NCBI GenBank assembly: GCA_029936935.1
Contig: JAPYRQ010000001.1
Span: 22,970 to 86,329 of the forward strand
DNA length: 63,360 bases
Direction of reading: 5' to 3'
From: Dehalococcoidia bacterium
Lineage (GTDB): Bacteria > Chloroflexota > Dehalococcoidia > Lucifugimonadales > UBA1127
Below, piece by piece: positions 55,538 to 63,360 of the stretch; position 1 is the stretch's first letter, and each line of letters opens with the position of its first letter. The notes below the pieces were generated by a model. It was not told the DNA's origin. It saw only the letters and a list, made by a program, of their open reading frames with translations, and did no database searches. A program made the position numbers and the translations under genes.

Positions 55538-56473
55538 ATGACGCTGACACTACAAACCGCAACCGGCAACTATGGGCATACTAAGTCCATCATTGATGGA
55601 AGCCTGAATAACGACAAACTAGCTTTGGATTGGGTGGAAGTCAGCCCGATCATCGGCGCATTTCGGCGAATGATTCGAGGCATGGAGTTTGATGTTTCGG
55701 AGATGGCTATCTCCACCTACCTATGTGCCAAGTCCTTCGGCAAGCCCATCACCGCGATTCCCGTTTTCCCGGTGCGAGGGTTCCACCATGGAGCCATCAG
55801 CTACAACACGACACTCGGAATCTCCAACCCCAAGAACCTGGAGGGGAAGAAAGTGGGCGTGCGCGGCTGGACGGTGACCACAGGTGTCTGGGTAAGGAGC
55901 ATCCTCAAAGAGGGTTACGGCGTGGACATAGATAAGATTACCTGGGTTCTTGCCGGCGACGAGCATGTTGCCGAGTATGAGTACCCCTCCAACGTGGTCC
56001 CACTCCCTGAAGGATCGGAGCTGCCAAAGATGCTGGCTTCAGGCGAGATTGCCGCTGGCATCGGTGTGGGTCAAGTTGATTCAGATGACGTGAAGCCGCT
56101 CATCTCCAATGGTCGAGATGCTGCGGTCCAGTACTTCAAGGACAAGGGCGTCTATCCCATCAACCACACCTTGGTTGTGAAGGACGAACTGCTCGCGGCG
56201 AACCCGTGGTTGGCAGAGGAGCTGTTCAACACCTTCAAGGCTGCAAAGGGTTCTTACATCACCCATCTGGATGCAGGCGCTGACCTGTCAGATACGGATC
56301 AAGGTATCGTGAAGAACGGCAAGGATGTCGGCGGAGATCCACTCCCGTACGGACTAGCGGCCAACAACACGACCATGGAAGCGATCATTCAGGCGTGTGT
56401 CGATCAGAAGGTCATCCCCTCCAAAGTCTCGGTAGAGGAGATGTTTGCTCCCAGCACAGTATCGCTTTCCTAA
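55538..56473 (+). CDS. Periplasmic-binding-protein-fold protein (NMT1-like/4,5-dihydroxyphthalate decarboxylase-like)
   Basis: ATG 55538 has aaagggga RBS. The FRRMIRGMEFDVSEMAISTYL pattern matches my memory of this family. No signal peptide is evident. Confidence 0.6.
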   Translation: MTLTLQTATGNYGHTKSIIDGSLNNDKLALDWVEVSPIIGAFRRMIRGMEFDVSEMAISTYLCAKSFGKPITAIPVFPVRGFHHGAISYNTTLGISNPKNLEGKKVGVRGWTVTTGVWVRSILKEGYGVDIDKITWVLAGDEHVAEYEYPSNVVPLPEGSELPKMLASGEIAAGIGVGQVDSDDVKPLISNGRDAAVQYFKDKGVYPINHTLVVKDELLAANPWLAEELFNTFKAAKGSYITHLDAGADLSDTDQGIVKNGKDVGGDPLPYGLAANNTTMEAIIQACVDQKVIPSKVSVEEMFAPSTVSLS

Positions 56474-56586
56474 AAGAGTCAGGGTAGGAGGCGTCCCAGT
56501 GCGGATGCTGAAGACAACCAGATAACGCAATCCGTGGAGCCAGACCAACGATGCGGCCTGGCTCCATGGCATTTTAAGGGGGATCG

Positions 56587-57747
56587 ATGGACGTAAAAGC
56601 AGGCGCAAAAGAAAAGGTATCCGGAGTACGAGACCATCTCCTGGATTTAAGCCACAGGATCCACGCCGACCCTGAACTGAGATACGAAGAAGTCCATGCA
56701 TCGGCACTACTGGCTGAATCGCTGGCGAAGGCCGGGTTTGCCGTCGAGACTGGCGTGTGTGACCTGCCGACAGCCTTTATTGCGAGGGCTGGCAGCGGGC
56801 CGATGCATATCGCCATCTGCGCGGAATACGATGCCCTTCCCGGTGTTGGTCACGCCTGCGGCCACAACATGATTGCTGCCATGGCTGTTGGTGCAGGGAT
56901 TGCAGCCGCGCAGATTGCCGACGATGCGGGCCTCACCATCAGCGTCATCGGCACCCCGGCAGAAGAAGGTGGCGGAGGCAAGATATACATGCTGGAGCGG
57001 GGGGCCTTCAAAGGCGTCCACGCTGCAATGATGATCCATCCGGCACCTAATGAAAGCCCAACACCGGACATCATTGCTTCTTCTCGGCTCGAGGCGAAGT
57101 ACACAGGGAAATCTGCCCACGCTGCTATGGCGCCCCATGAAGGCATCAATGCGGGAGATGCTTTGACCATCGCGCAGACGGCAATCGCATTGCTGCGACA
57201 GCAGATACTGCCTACTGATCGGATACACGGAATCGTCACTGACGGCGGCGATGCACCGAACATCATCCCCTCCCATACTGCAGCCCAATTCAGTGTCCGT
57301 TCCCAGACTGCAGAACAGCTTGCAAGGCTGAGACCAAGGGTGGATCGCTGCTTCGAGGCGGGTGCCCTGGCCACCGGAGCCATGTTGGAGATTATTGAAG
57401 GCATCAAGTACGCCCAGATGCAGCACGACATTGCGATGGCAGAGGTGTACCAGCGGAATGCGGAAGCCATTGGAAGGAAATTCTCGGCTCGTGTTGGAGA
57501 GCGGCAGGAGCCAGGCGGCTCAACGGACATGGGGAACATTTCCCTGGCAATCCCGTCCATCCACCCCAACATTGGAATCGAGTGCTCGCCTGCCGTGAAC
57601 CACCAGCCCGAGTTCGCTGCCCATTGCATCACGGAGATCGCTGACAAGGCTGTCGTTGACGGTGCATTAGCCATGGCGTGGACGGCCATCGACCTGGCCC
57701 AGGACGCAGAGATGCTTAAGCGACTGACAGCCAAGGTTTCGGCGTAA
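56587..57747 (+). CDS. M20D-family amidohydrolase (peptidase M20)
   Basis: The metal-binding HACGHN is present, followed by GTPAEEGGGGK and the dimerisation-domain pattern. Confidence 0.85.
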   Translation: MDVKAGAKEKVSGVRDHLLDLSHRIHADPELRYEEVHASALLAESLAKAGFAVETGVCDLPTAFIARAGSGPMHIAICAEYDALPGVGHACGHNMIAAMAVGAGIAAAQIADDAGLTISVIGTPAEEGGGGKIYMLERGAFKGVHAAMMIHPAPNESPTPDIIASSRLEAKYTGKSAHAAMAPHEGINAGDALTIAQTAIALLRQQILPTDRIHGIVTDGGDAPNIIPSHTAAQFSVRSQTAEQLARLRPRVDRCFEAGALATGAMLEIIEGIKYAQMQHDIAMAEVYQRNAEAIGRKFSARVGERQEPGGSTDMGNISLAIPSIHPNIGIECSPAVNHQPEFAAHCITEIADKAVVDGALAMAWTAIDLAQDAEMLKRLTAKVSA

Positions 57748-57775
57748 ACAGGGGTGTGCTGTACGAGAAGCTCGC

Positions 57776-58618
57776 ATGACGGAATCTGACTCCAATAGGC
57801 TCGGCCTGACGGAAGAGGACCTGCGATTTGTCGTCGAGGAAGCGGGCCCTGATGTTATGGACCCGGAACGCCTCAAGCAGTTGATACGCGACGACCCCAG
57901 CTTCCGCAACGCGCTGGTTGATGACGATAGGGTGTTTGATCGGGTGACTTCCTCAGAGGATGAGGAGTTACTGCAGGTGTCTCCCGCGCTGTACTTTGAT
58001 GTGCTCCTTCGGCGTGCGCTGAAAGACCTTGGTCAGGAGAGTCACACACTGGAACGCTCTGGCAGCGAGACCGTGGTGGTTTTTGACACCAACGAGGTGA
58101 CTGAGTTCCTCTCGAACGGCGCTGTCATTGACTACCTGGCTGCGATGCTGGCCTCGTTCACCAAGGTGGAGAGCTACGTGGTGCCCGTCATAGTCCGCAG
58201 GGGAACGTGGCGTCGAGTTCGCTTCAATGACATGGATATTGACAGCCTGGTCAAGCTGGCGGCCTCTGTGGATGAGAGCCAGCAGTTCCGTTACTTCAAG
58301 CGGATAGCCGATGTCTGTTTGTTTGTACTGGGAATCTTCCCCAGCCATGCTCAAAGCGGTGGCAGGAAGATGTTTATCGGGGCGACACCGTCCGGGGTTT
58401 CCCGGCGGGGACGAAGGACGGAGGAGGAGTATACAGACATCGGCAGGCGGTTCTACCAGACCGCCGGGAGGCATCCTACGGCAGATGCAGCTGGGTTGAC
58501 CGAACCGATGAACCTGCTGCGCGATAACTTTGGTGTAGCCCGAAAAATCCTAAATATCGTATCTGAACGGTACCTCCGATACTCCCGCAGCCAGGTCTTT
58601 GACGTTGGAATATCGTAG
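57776..58618 (+). CDS. Hypothetical protein (280 aa)
   Basis: This is a clean ORF 29 nt after the M20 gene. I recognise no motif. Confidence 0.55.
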   Translation: MTESDSNRLGLTEEDLRFVVEEAGPDVMDPERLKQLIRDDPSFRNALVDDDRVFDRVTSSEDEELLQVSPALYFDVLLRRALKDLGQESHTLERSGSETVVVFDTNEVTEFLSNGAVIDYLAAMLASFTKVESYVVPVIVRRGTWRRVRFNDMDIDSLVKLAASVDESQQFRYFKRIADVCLFVLGIFPSHAQSGGRKMFIGATPSGVSRRGRRTEEEYTDIGRRFYQTAGRHPTADAAGLTEPMNLLRDNFGVARKILNIVSERYLRYSRSQVFDVGIS

Positions 58619-58641
58619 CTACTAAAGCCGGAACAATTGAA

Positions 58642-58676
58642 AGAGGCCTCGCCCTGGATTCAGGAGCGAGGCCTCT
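58642..58676. terminator. Long hairpin between convergent genes (probable terminator)
   Basis: An 11-bp stem (agaggcctcgc / gcgaggcctct) is extended by an inner cctg/cagg pairing. The minus-strand side is followed by ttcaattgtt. Confidence 0.55.
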
Positions 58677-58702
58677 CGTGTGTTACGGATGTGTTTTAGG
58701 GT

Positions 58703-59122
58703 CTACTTCTCTTGGAGCATCGCTCCACCATAGGCGGTAATCTTGGAGATATCGATGACGATTGCGCAGCCCTTCTTCTCCGGGTCTGAGTCCTTTTCCG
58801 GTTGGACGGTCCTGTCCCAGACACTCTCTCGTGTGTCACCATCTGTGTGGATGGTTGCTGTGCCATAGAACTTGAACGCTACCCTGGCCTCCGGGTCGCG
58901 GTACATCACCAGTACCTGAGGGTTTTCCTGGATGTGCTCTAGGCCGTCTTTGTTTGAACGTTCCCAGAACGCCAGGTGATTCTTGTCATAAACCATCATG
59001 CTTGCGCGGAAACCCATACTGGGCCAGCCATCTTTCCCTGCTGTAGCAAGGATGCAGGGCTTACGGTTCGCCTGATTGTTGTCTATATGCTCTACCATTT
59101 CCTCGGTCATCTCAATAGCCAT
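58703..59122 (-). CDS. Pyridoxamine 5'-phosphate oxidase-family (split-barrel, FMN/F420-binding) protein
   Basis: The PPOX-class pattern is present (CILATAGKDGWPSMGFR...FWERS...). I prefer ATG 59122 with a G-rich RBS; the ORF-track TTG is at 59212. Confidence 0.7.
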   Translation of the reverse strand: MAIEMTEEMVEHIDNNQANRKPCILATAGKDGWPSMGFRASMMVYDKNHLAFWERSNKDGLEHIQENPQVLVMYRDPEARVAFKFYGTATIHTDGDTRESVWDRTVQPEKDSDPEKKGCAIVIDISKITAYGGAMLQEK

Positions 59123-59852
59123 CTGAGTCCCCCCTTGTATTTGTGCGACACACCATAGGTAGCGTGTGCGCTGTTGGTCGTTGAGTGTACCGATGGCTTG
59201 TGGAGTCGTCAACGTTTGATGCGGCCATTGGAACTTGTTGATTCACTTGACACCTTTGGTTCAAAAATTGAGCCGATTAAGACTTCTAACTTTGTGGCTG
59301 GTTTGTTATGCTTCTCTCGCACTTAAGCAAACGCGGTAGCGAGCCGCGTTCATTACTAGTAGCGAAAATGTTCTTTAGATTGTAATCTTTGGAACTTTTG
59401 AAATGTTCGTTCGTTCTATAGGCGTGCCGCTTGGAGGGTACACGCGCGGACTCGCCAGAGGGTCACGAGATTTTGGAGGCAGGTTTGAAGGTTCTTCGTC
59501 GGATAAAATGTAAGCTGTTCGGGCATCAACCAGTGTATGCCACCTTTGGTATGCAGAGCCTAACGAATTTGAACTGCGAACGGTGTAATATCCGGGTTCG
59601 GTAGTTGCTCAAAGCCCATACAATTCCCCTCAATTAACGCCACATTCTTCCGCTATTGGGACCTCCTCGGTTCCTTCGCTAGCTGCAGGTTGATGGTGTA
59701 TTTCCTTTTCCCCCGACTCTGAATTCATTTTGTAGTGCTCCATACGATAGGGTGCACTATAGTCTACGCAACATTACAGAGATTATTTTCTATAGCAGAT
59801 ACCGAGTTTCAGTAGAGCAAGGAAGCTATCATGCTGAAAGGAGATTCAGAAA

Positions 59853-60569
59853 ATGCCTGACAGAATAGGAATGGAACGTTTCACCTATGAGACCGCAGAG
59901 GGCTGGGAGAAGATACCGGAGGGCTATGAATTCCCGGACGCCTCTGGAGTGACCGTTGATTCAGATGACAATGTGTACATCCTGAACCGGGGAGTGCACC
60001 CGGTCATCGTGCTGGATAAGAACGGCGACTTCGTACGTTCTTTTGGGGAGGGCGAGTTCGATCAGCGCGCCCACGGTATCCACTGCAGCCCTGACAACTT
60101 CATCTACACCGTGAACGATAGCCAGCACTGCATCAAGAAGTACACACGGGAAGGCAAGCTGGTCATGGTCATTGGTGAAGAGAACAAGGCTGCCGAGAAG
60201 TGGAGTGGCACGCCGTTCCATCGCCCTACAAACATGGCTGTCTCGCCCAACACCGGCGACATCTACGTCACCGATGGCTACGGGAACAGCCGTGTGCACC
60301 GCTACTCCGCGAAGGGGAAACACATCGTATCCTGGGGCGCTCCGGGTGTGGAGCCTGGCGAGTTCCAGATACCCCACAACGTGGTCATTGATAAAGACGA
60401 GAACGTCTACGTGACCGATCGTGAGAACTACCGGCTTCAGGTCTTCAACAGCAAGGGAGAGTTGCAGGCGATCTGGCAGAACATCTATCGACCACAGGAG
60501 CTTTGCATGGACCAGAAGGGCATCATCTACGTAGGTGAGATGCTCATGGACACGGAGTTGACCGAGTAA
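59853..60569 (+). CDS. NHL-repeat beta-propeller protein (peptidylglycine amidating lyase-like), possibly C-terminally truncated
   Basis: Five recognisable NHL blades are present (DDNVYILNRG, DNFIYTVNDS, GDIYVTDGYGNSRV, ENVYVTDRENYRLQVF, GIIYVGE). RBS aaaggag lies upstream. Confidence 0.7.
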   Translation: MPDRIGMERFTYETAEGWEKIPEGYEFPDASGVTVDSDDNVYILNRGVHPVIVLDKNGDFVRSFGEGEFDQRAHGIHCSPDNFIYTVNDSQHCIKKYTREGKLVMVIGEENKAAEKWSGTPFHRPTNMAVSPNTGDIYVTDGYGNSRVHRYSAKGKHIVSWGAPGVEPGEFQIPHNVVIDKDENVYVTDRENYRLQVFNSKGELQAIWQNIYRPQELCMDQKGIIYVGEMLMDTELTE

Positions 60570-60769
60570 TAGATAAGGCTTGCTACAAATCCCGCGCCAG
60601 CAGCAAGTGCCATAGTCAATCCAATACCCATCAGCCAACTATTTAATATTTCTGTTTCCTCTGCGAAAGACGCGCCCATTAAACCCAAGAGCAAAATGAA
60701 CAATCCGACCAAACCCATGAGGCAAAATGCAAATAGAATTGCTAACTTTTTTAATACTGATCCAGTCAT
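60527..60769 (-). CDS. Small two-TM membrane protein (hypothetical, low GC)
   Basis: There are two hydrophobic helices. The 3' end overlaps the 3' end of the convergent NHL gene by 43 nt. The call is weak. Confidence 0.4.
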   Translation of the reverse strand: MTGSVLKKLAILFAFCLMGLVGLFILLLGLMGASFAEETEILNSWLMGIGLTMALAAGAGFVASLIYYSVNSVSMSISPT

Positions 60770-60886
60770 GCCGCTATTGTAGACCATTGGTCAATAAAAG
60801 GGGCGGGACGGCACTTCCCCTAAACGGCTAATGCCCCACTAGACACTTGAACATAGCCCTTGGTGAGCGTGAAGCAGGTTAAAATG

Positions 60887-60922
60887 AAAAACAGCGGCCA
60901 TTATGGCCGCTGTTTTTGTTTT
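60887..60922. terminator. Bidirectional rho-independent terminator downstream of kynU
   Basis: The stem is cagcggcca / tggccgctg, with an A-run upstream and tttttgttttg downstream. Confidence 0.7.
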
Positions 60923-60953
60923 GCTAGTAAGCGGGTGGACTGAGACGCAGTAA

Positions 60954-62192
60954 CTACGTAACCTCTGAAACGCGATTGAACTGTTCGGCCTTCCAGGTGT
61001 CAGCTGCCATAATGGATTTGAGCTTCATGACCGCGTCCCACAAATCCGTATAACGCGTGTAGAGCGGAGTTAAGCCGAATCGCATGATGTCAGGAGCTCG
61101 GAAATCGCCGATAACGCCCACTTCAATCAGCGCTTGCATGATGGGGTACCCATGCTCCGAACGGAGGGATACCTGACTGCCTCGCTCTTCAGCATCCGAG
61201 GGAGTGGCAAGGGTGAATCCATACTCGGAGAAATGCTCGTCAACAAGTCGGATGAACGCGTCACCCAATGCAAGCGACTTCCTACGGACTTCGTCCATGT
61301 CGGCACGGAGCAGTATATTTACGCCAACCTCCACGGGGGCAAGAGAAATTATCGGCTGTGTCCCTGAAAGGAACTGGCCGATATCGGATTTGGGTTGGTA
61401 GTCTCGCTCGAAAGCAAAGGGCTTTTGGTGGCTCCACCACCCTGTCAGGGGCTGCGTTGCTTTGCCCTGATGTCGCTTGGCCACAAAGAGGTAACCTGGC
61501 GCACCAGGGCCTCCGTTGAGGAATTTGTAGGTGCAGCCAACGGCAAAATCTACATCGCACTGATTCAAGGCGACTGGAAGCGCTCCAGCGGAGTGGCAGA
61601 GGTCCCACATTACAAGGGCGCCTACGTCATGGGCCTTCTGAGTAATTGCCTTCATATCCAGGAGGTGACCCATTTTGTAGTGAACCTGGGTAAGGGAGAC
61701 AAGTGCCACATCATCGGTAATGGCATCAAGGATGTCGTCCTTCTCAACAAACCGGATTTGGTGATGCTGACCTAGCTGTTCAATCAACCCCTGGGTGATA
61801 TAGGCGTCTGTGGGGAAATTGCTCCCCTCCATGAGAATGACCTTGCGGTCCGGTCGCATTTTGAGGGCAACAGAGTGGAGTTTGTAGATATTGAGCCCGG
61901 TGCCGTCTACGCAAACGACCTCTCCGTCATCCGCGCCGATGATTTGGGCGATCTTGTTGCCGATTGTTTCCGGCAGTGAGAACCAACCCGCTGAGTTCCA
62001 GCTAGTGACGAGTTTGTTGCCCCATTCCTCTGCAACGACCTCGTTGACGCGGTCAGGCGTGGCCTTTGGCAGTGCTCCGAGGGAGTTCCCATCGAAGTAA
62101 AGGATGCCTTCAGGAAGGCTGAATTCATCGCGGAACAGCTTGAGAGGGTCTTTCCTATCCAGTTCTTCTAGTTCTTCACGTGTCATGTTCAA
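60954..62192 (-). CDS. kynU: Kynureninase
   Basis: The pattern FDGNSLGALP...TYKFLNGGPGAPG (PLP-Lys region) is present. The length is 412 aa. Confidence 0.88.
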   Translation of the reverse strand: MNMTREELEELDRKDPLKLFRDEFSLPEGILYFDGNSLGALPKATPDRVNEVVAEEWGNKLVTSWNSAGWFSLPETIGNKIAQIIGADDGEVVCVDGTGLNIYKLHSVALKMRPDRKVILMEGSNFPTDAYITQGLIEQLGQHHQIRFVEKDDILDAITDDVALVSLTQVHYKMGHLLDMKAITQKAHDVGALVMWDLCHSAGALPVALNQCDVDFAVGCTYKFLNGGPGAPGYLFVAKRHQGKATQPLTGWWSHQKPFAFERDYQPKSDIGQFLSGTQPIISLAPVEVGVNILLRADMDEVRRKSLALGDAFIRLVDEHFSEYGFTLATPSDAEERGSQVSLRSEHGYPIMQALIEVGVIGDFRAPDIMRFGLTPLYTRYTDLWDAVMKLKSIMAADTWKAEQFNRVSEVT

Positions 62193-62252
62193 AAGCTCAT
62201 CCAGTGTTCGATGCTATTTCAGATACGATGAAAGCTATTGGCCGGGGGGCCT

Positions 62253-63360
62253 TCACTGTGCTATCGATGCGAAGTTTCCGGGCAAAGTGACCTCCAAAAA
62301 GGTCATATCAGTTGAACAGCCGGTCAGCGAGTATTGTGTGTCTCTTGGGATGACGATGGAATCGCCGGGCTCAAGGTCCTGGTTGCTGCCGTCCTGGGAA
62401 AACGTCGTTTTCCCGGACAGAACGAAGGCAAAAAGGAACTCTTCCTGGTGAATAGTGACGGGTGTTGCGCTGCCGCCCGCTGATCGAACGACCTTCGCAC
62501 CTGCCACACCGCGGGTTGCATCATTGATACCGATGTCCCGGGTCTCAAACCCCTCGTGTCGCCACGGAGTCCAAATGTCTGTAGCAGAATCATGGTAGAG
62601 GAACAGTTGCTCCCCAAATAGCTTCTCCGGTGTGTTCTTACCTGTGGGCAAGCTCATCACCAGATCGCCGTGGGTCTCATGTTCCGCGGGGCATCCCACT
62701 TCAACGACTTCCAGGCCATCGGAGGATTCCAACACTCGGTGTCGTATTTCAGGCGGTTGTAGGAAGCAGTCGCCTGCCTTCATGAGAATAGGCTCTCCCT
62801 GATCCTCATACGCCACTTTCACCCAGCCCTTGTAGCAAAAGATCATCTGAAAACGGACCCTGTGGAAGTGCACGTAGTCGCCTACGGGCCCTCCCTCTGG
62901 GATTCTTATGTGTGACGCGATGAATCGCCCGCCCTGCCTGTTTGGAATGAGGTCCCGATAGAGCATCCGTGCTCGACCGGTCTTCCATGAGGCGTTGTCG
63001 CTTATCTTGCTGATGACCAGAGATTGGTCTTCGGGAGGTATGGAGAGGGGCGGATTCGCTTCTTTGACCAGGATTCTTGTGCCGTTTGGCGCAGTGACTT
63101 CTTCACCATCATCAACAGAGACTTTGGTGAGGTCACAGTTCATTCGAAGGGTCTGGCCGTGTAGCTCCGCCCCCGATTCAAGCCTGATTCGAATCCCATG
63201 GCCAATGATTATTGCGGTGGATGGGTTGTCCGCAGGAAAGATCGCTGCGACAGCAAACCCTAACTTCTTTGTGAAGAAGTTGATGTTCTCCGTAATGTCA
63301 GCGCAGGAGATGACAATCTCAGCGGTTTCGATGGTGGATAGGAGTTCATCGGTGGATGTG
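62253..63360 (-). CDS. VOC (glyoxalase-like) plus bicupin fusion protein, 5' end beyond the window edge
   Basis: The frame stays open upstream of the listed M (63143) all the way to position 63360. The extension reads IVISCADITENINFFTKKLGFAVAAIFPADNPSTAIIIGHGIRIRLESG, which looks VOC-like. Two cupin barrels follow (HFHRVRFQMIFCYKGWV...; HQEEFLFAFVLSG...). Confidence 0.65.
   Translation of the reverse strand, partial: TSTDELLSTIETAEIVISCADITENINFFTKKLGFAVAAIFPADNPSTAIIIGHGIRIRLESGAELHGQTLRMNCDLTKVSVDDGEEVTAPNGTRILVKEANPPLSIPPEDQSLVISKISDNASWKTGRARMLYRDLIPNRQGGRFIASHIRIPEGGPVGDYVHFHRVRFQMIFCYKGWVKVAYEDQGEPILMKAGDCFLQPPEIRHRVLESSDGLEVVEVGCPAEHETHGDLVMSLPTGKNTPEKLFGEQLFLYHDSATDIWTPWRHEGFETRDIGINDATRGVAGAKVVRSAGGSATPVTIHQEEFLFAFVLSGKTTFSQDGSNQDLEPGDSIVIPRDTQYSLTGCSTDMTFLEVTLPGNFASIAQ

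Noticed and set aside
56707-57734. Two long minus-strand ORFs of 239 and 294 aa
   Set aside because: Both are antisense to the M20D amidohydrolase (HACGHN motif) and are Ala/Ser/Pro-rich shadow frames.
59961-60638. 225-aa minus-strand ORF
   Set aside because: It is antisense to the NHL-repeat gene, whose repeated blade motif supports the plus strand.
63180-63200. tRNA T-arm-like string gattcgaatcc
   Set aside because: It lies inside a continuous ORF (the VOC-bicupin protein), and the flanks do not fold into a cloverleaf. The same applies to ggttcgattcc near 3600 inside the dUTPase-like gene.
1-63360. Scan for CRISPR arrays, rRNA/tRNA genes, transposases, integrases, phage genes or defence systems
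   Set aside because: I saw no spaced direct-repeat arrays, no recognisable RNA-gene signatures and no mobile-element or defence gene products. The manual scan cannot exclude small or divergent ncRNAs.

Overview
This is a gene-dense 63.4-kb window with about 63 protein-coding genes. By eye I found no rRNA, tRNA, CRISPR array, transposase or integrase. All calls rest on remembered motifs and families; I ran no searches.

The content is mostly core metabolism of a moderately high-GC bacterium. It includes:
- A dispersed shikimate and aromatic amino acid set: trpA, aroH, aroF, an aroK-aroB fusion, aroC and aroE.
- Serine synthesis (serC-like, serA), ribF and tyrS.
- A yceD-rpmF-fabD-nusB-acpP block.
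- radA, recN, mazG and trmI.
- F420-related genes: cofE, an LLM oxidoreductase and a PPOX-class protein.
- The nickel-pincer cofactor genes larE and larC.
- A MoxR/DUF58/transglutaminase-like operon.
- An ECF sigma/anti-sigma pair.
- An accessory-looking catabolic set: three paralogous Rieske oxygenase alpha subunits with no beta subunit gene nearby, an amidohydrolase_2, an M20 amidohydrolase, kynureninase, a VOC-bicupin protein and an orphan solute-binding protein.

This gene content suggests Chloroflexota, possibly a SAR202-like marine lineage. That is inference only.

The most interesting signal is not in the ORF track. Between recN and trmI lies a 153-codon AhpE-type peroxiredoxin (51603..52064). 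Its only in-frame stop is a TGA at the peroxidatic-Cys position, and a SECIS-like hairpin follows it. I treat it as a candidate selenoprotein.

Other points worth a second look:
- A membrane coiled-coil gene split by a +1 frame change at an A7 run.
- A truncated archaellin-like (class III signal peptide) ORF in a low-GC patch.
- A TgpA-like protein whose Cys-His-Asp triad reads Ser-His-Glu.
- A 14-nt periodic repeat in the putative 5' UTR of the tandem Rieske genes.
- A 640-bp ORF-free AT-rich spacer.
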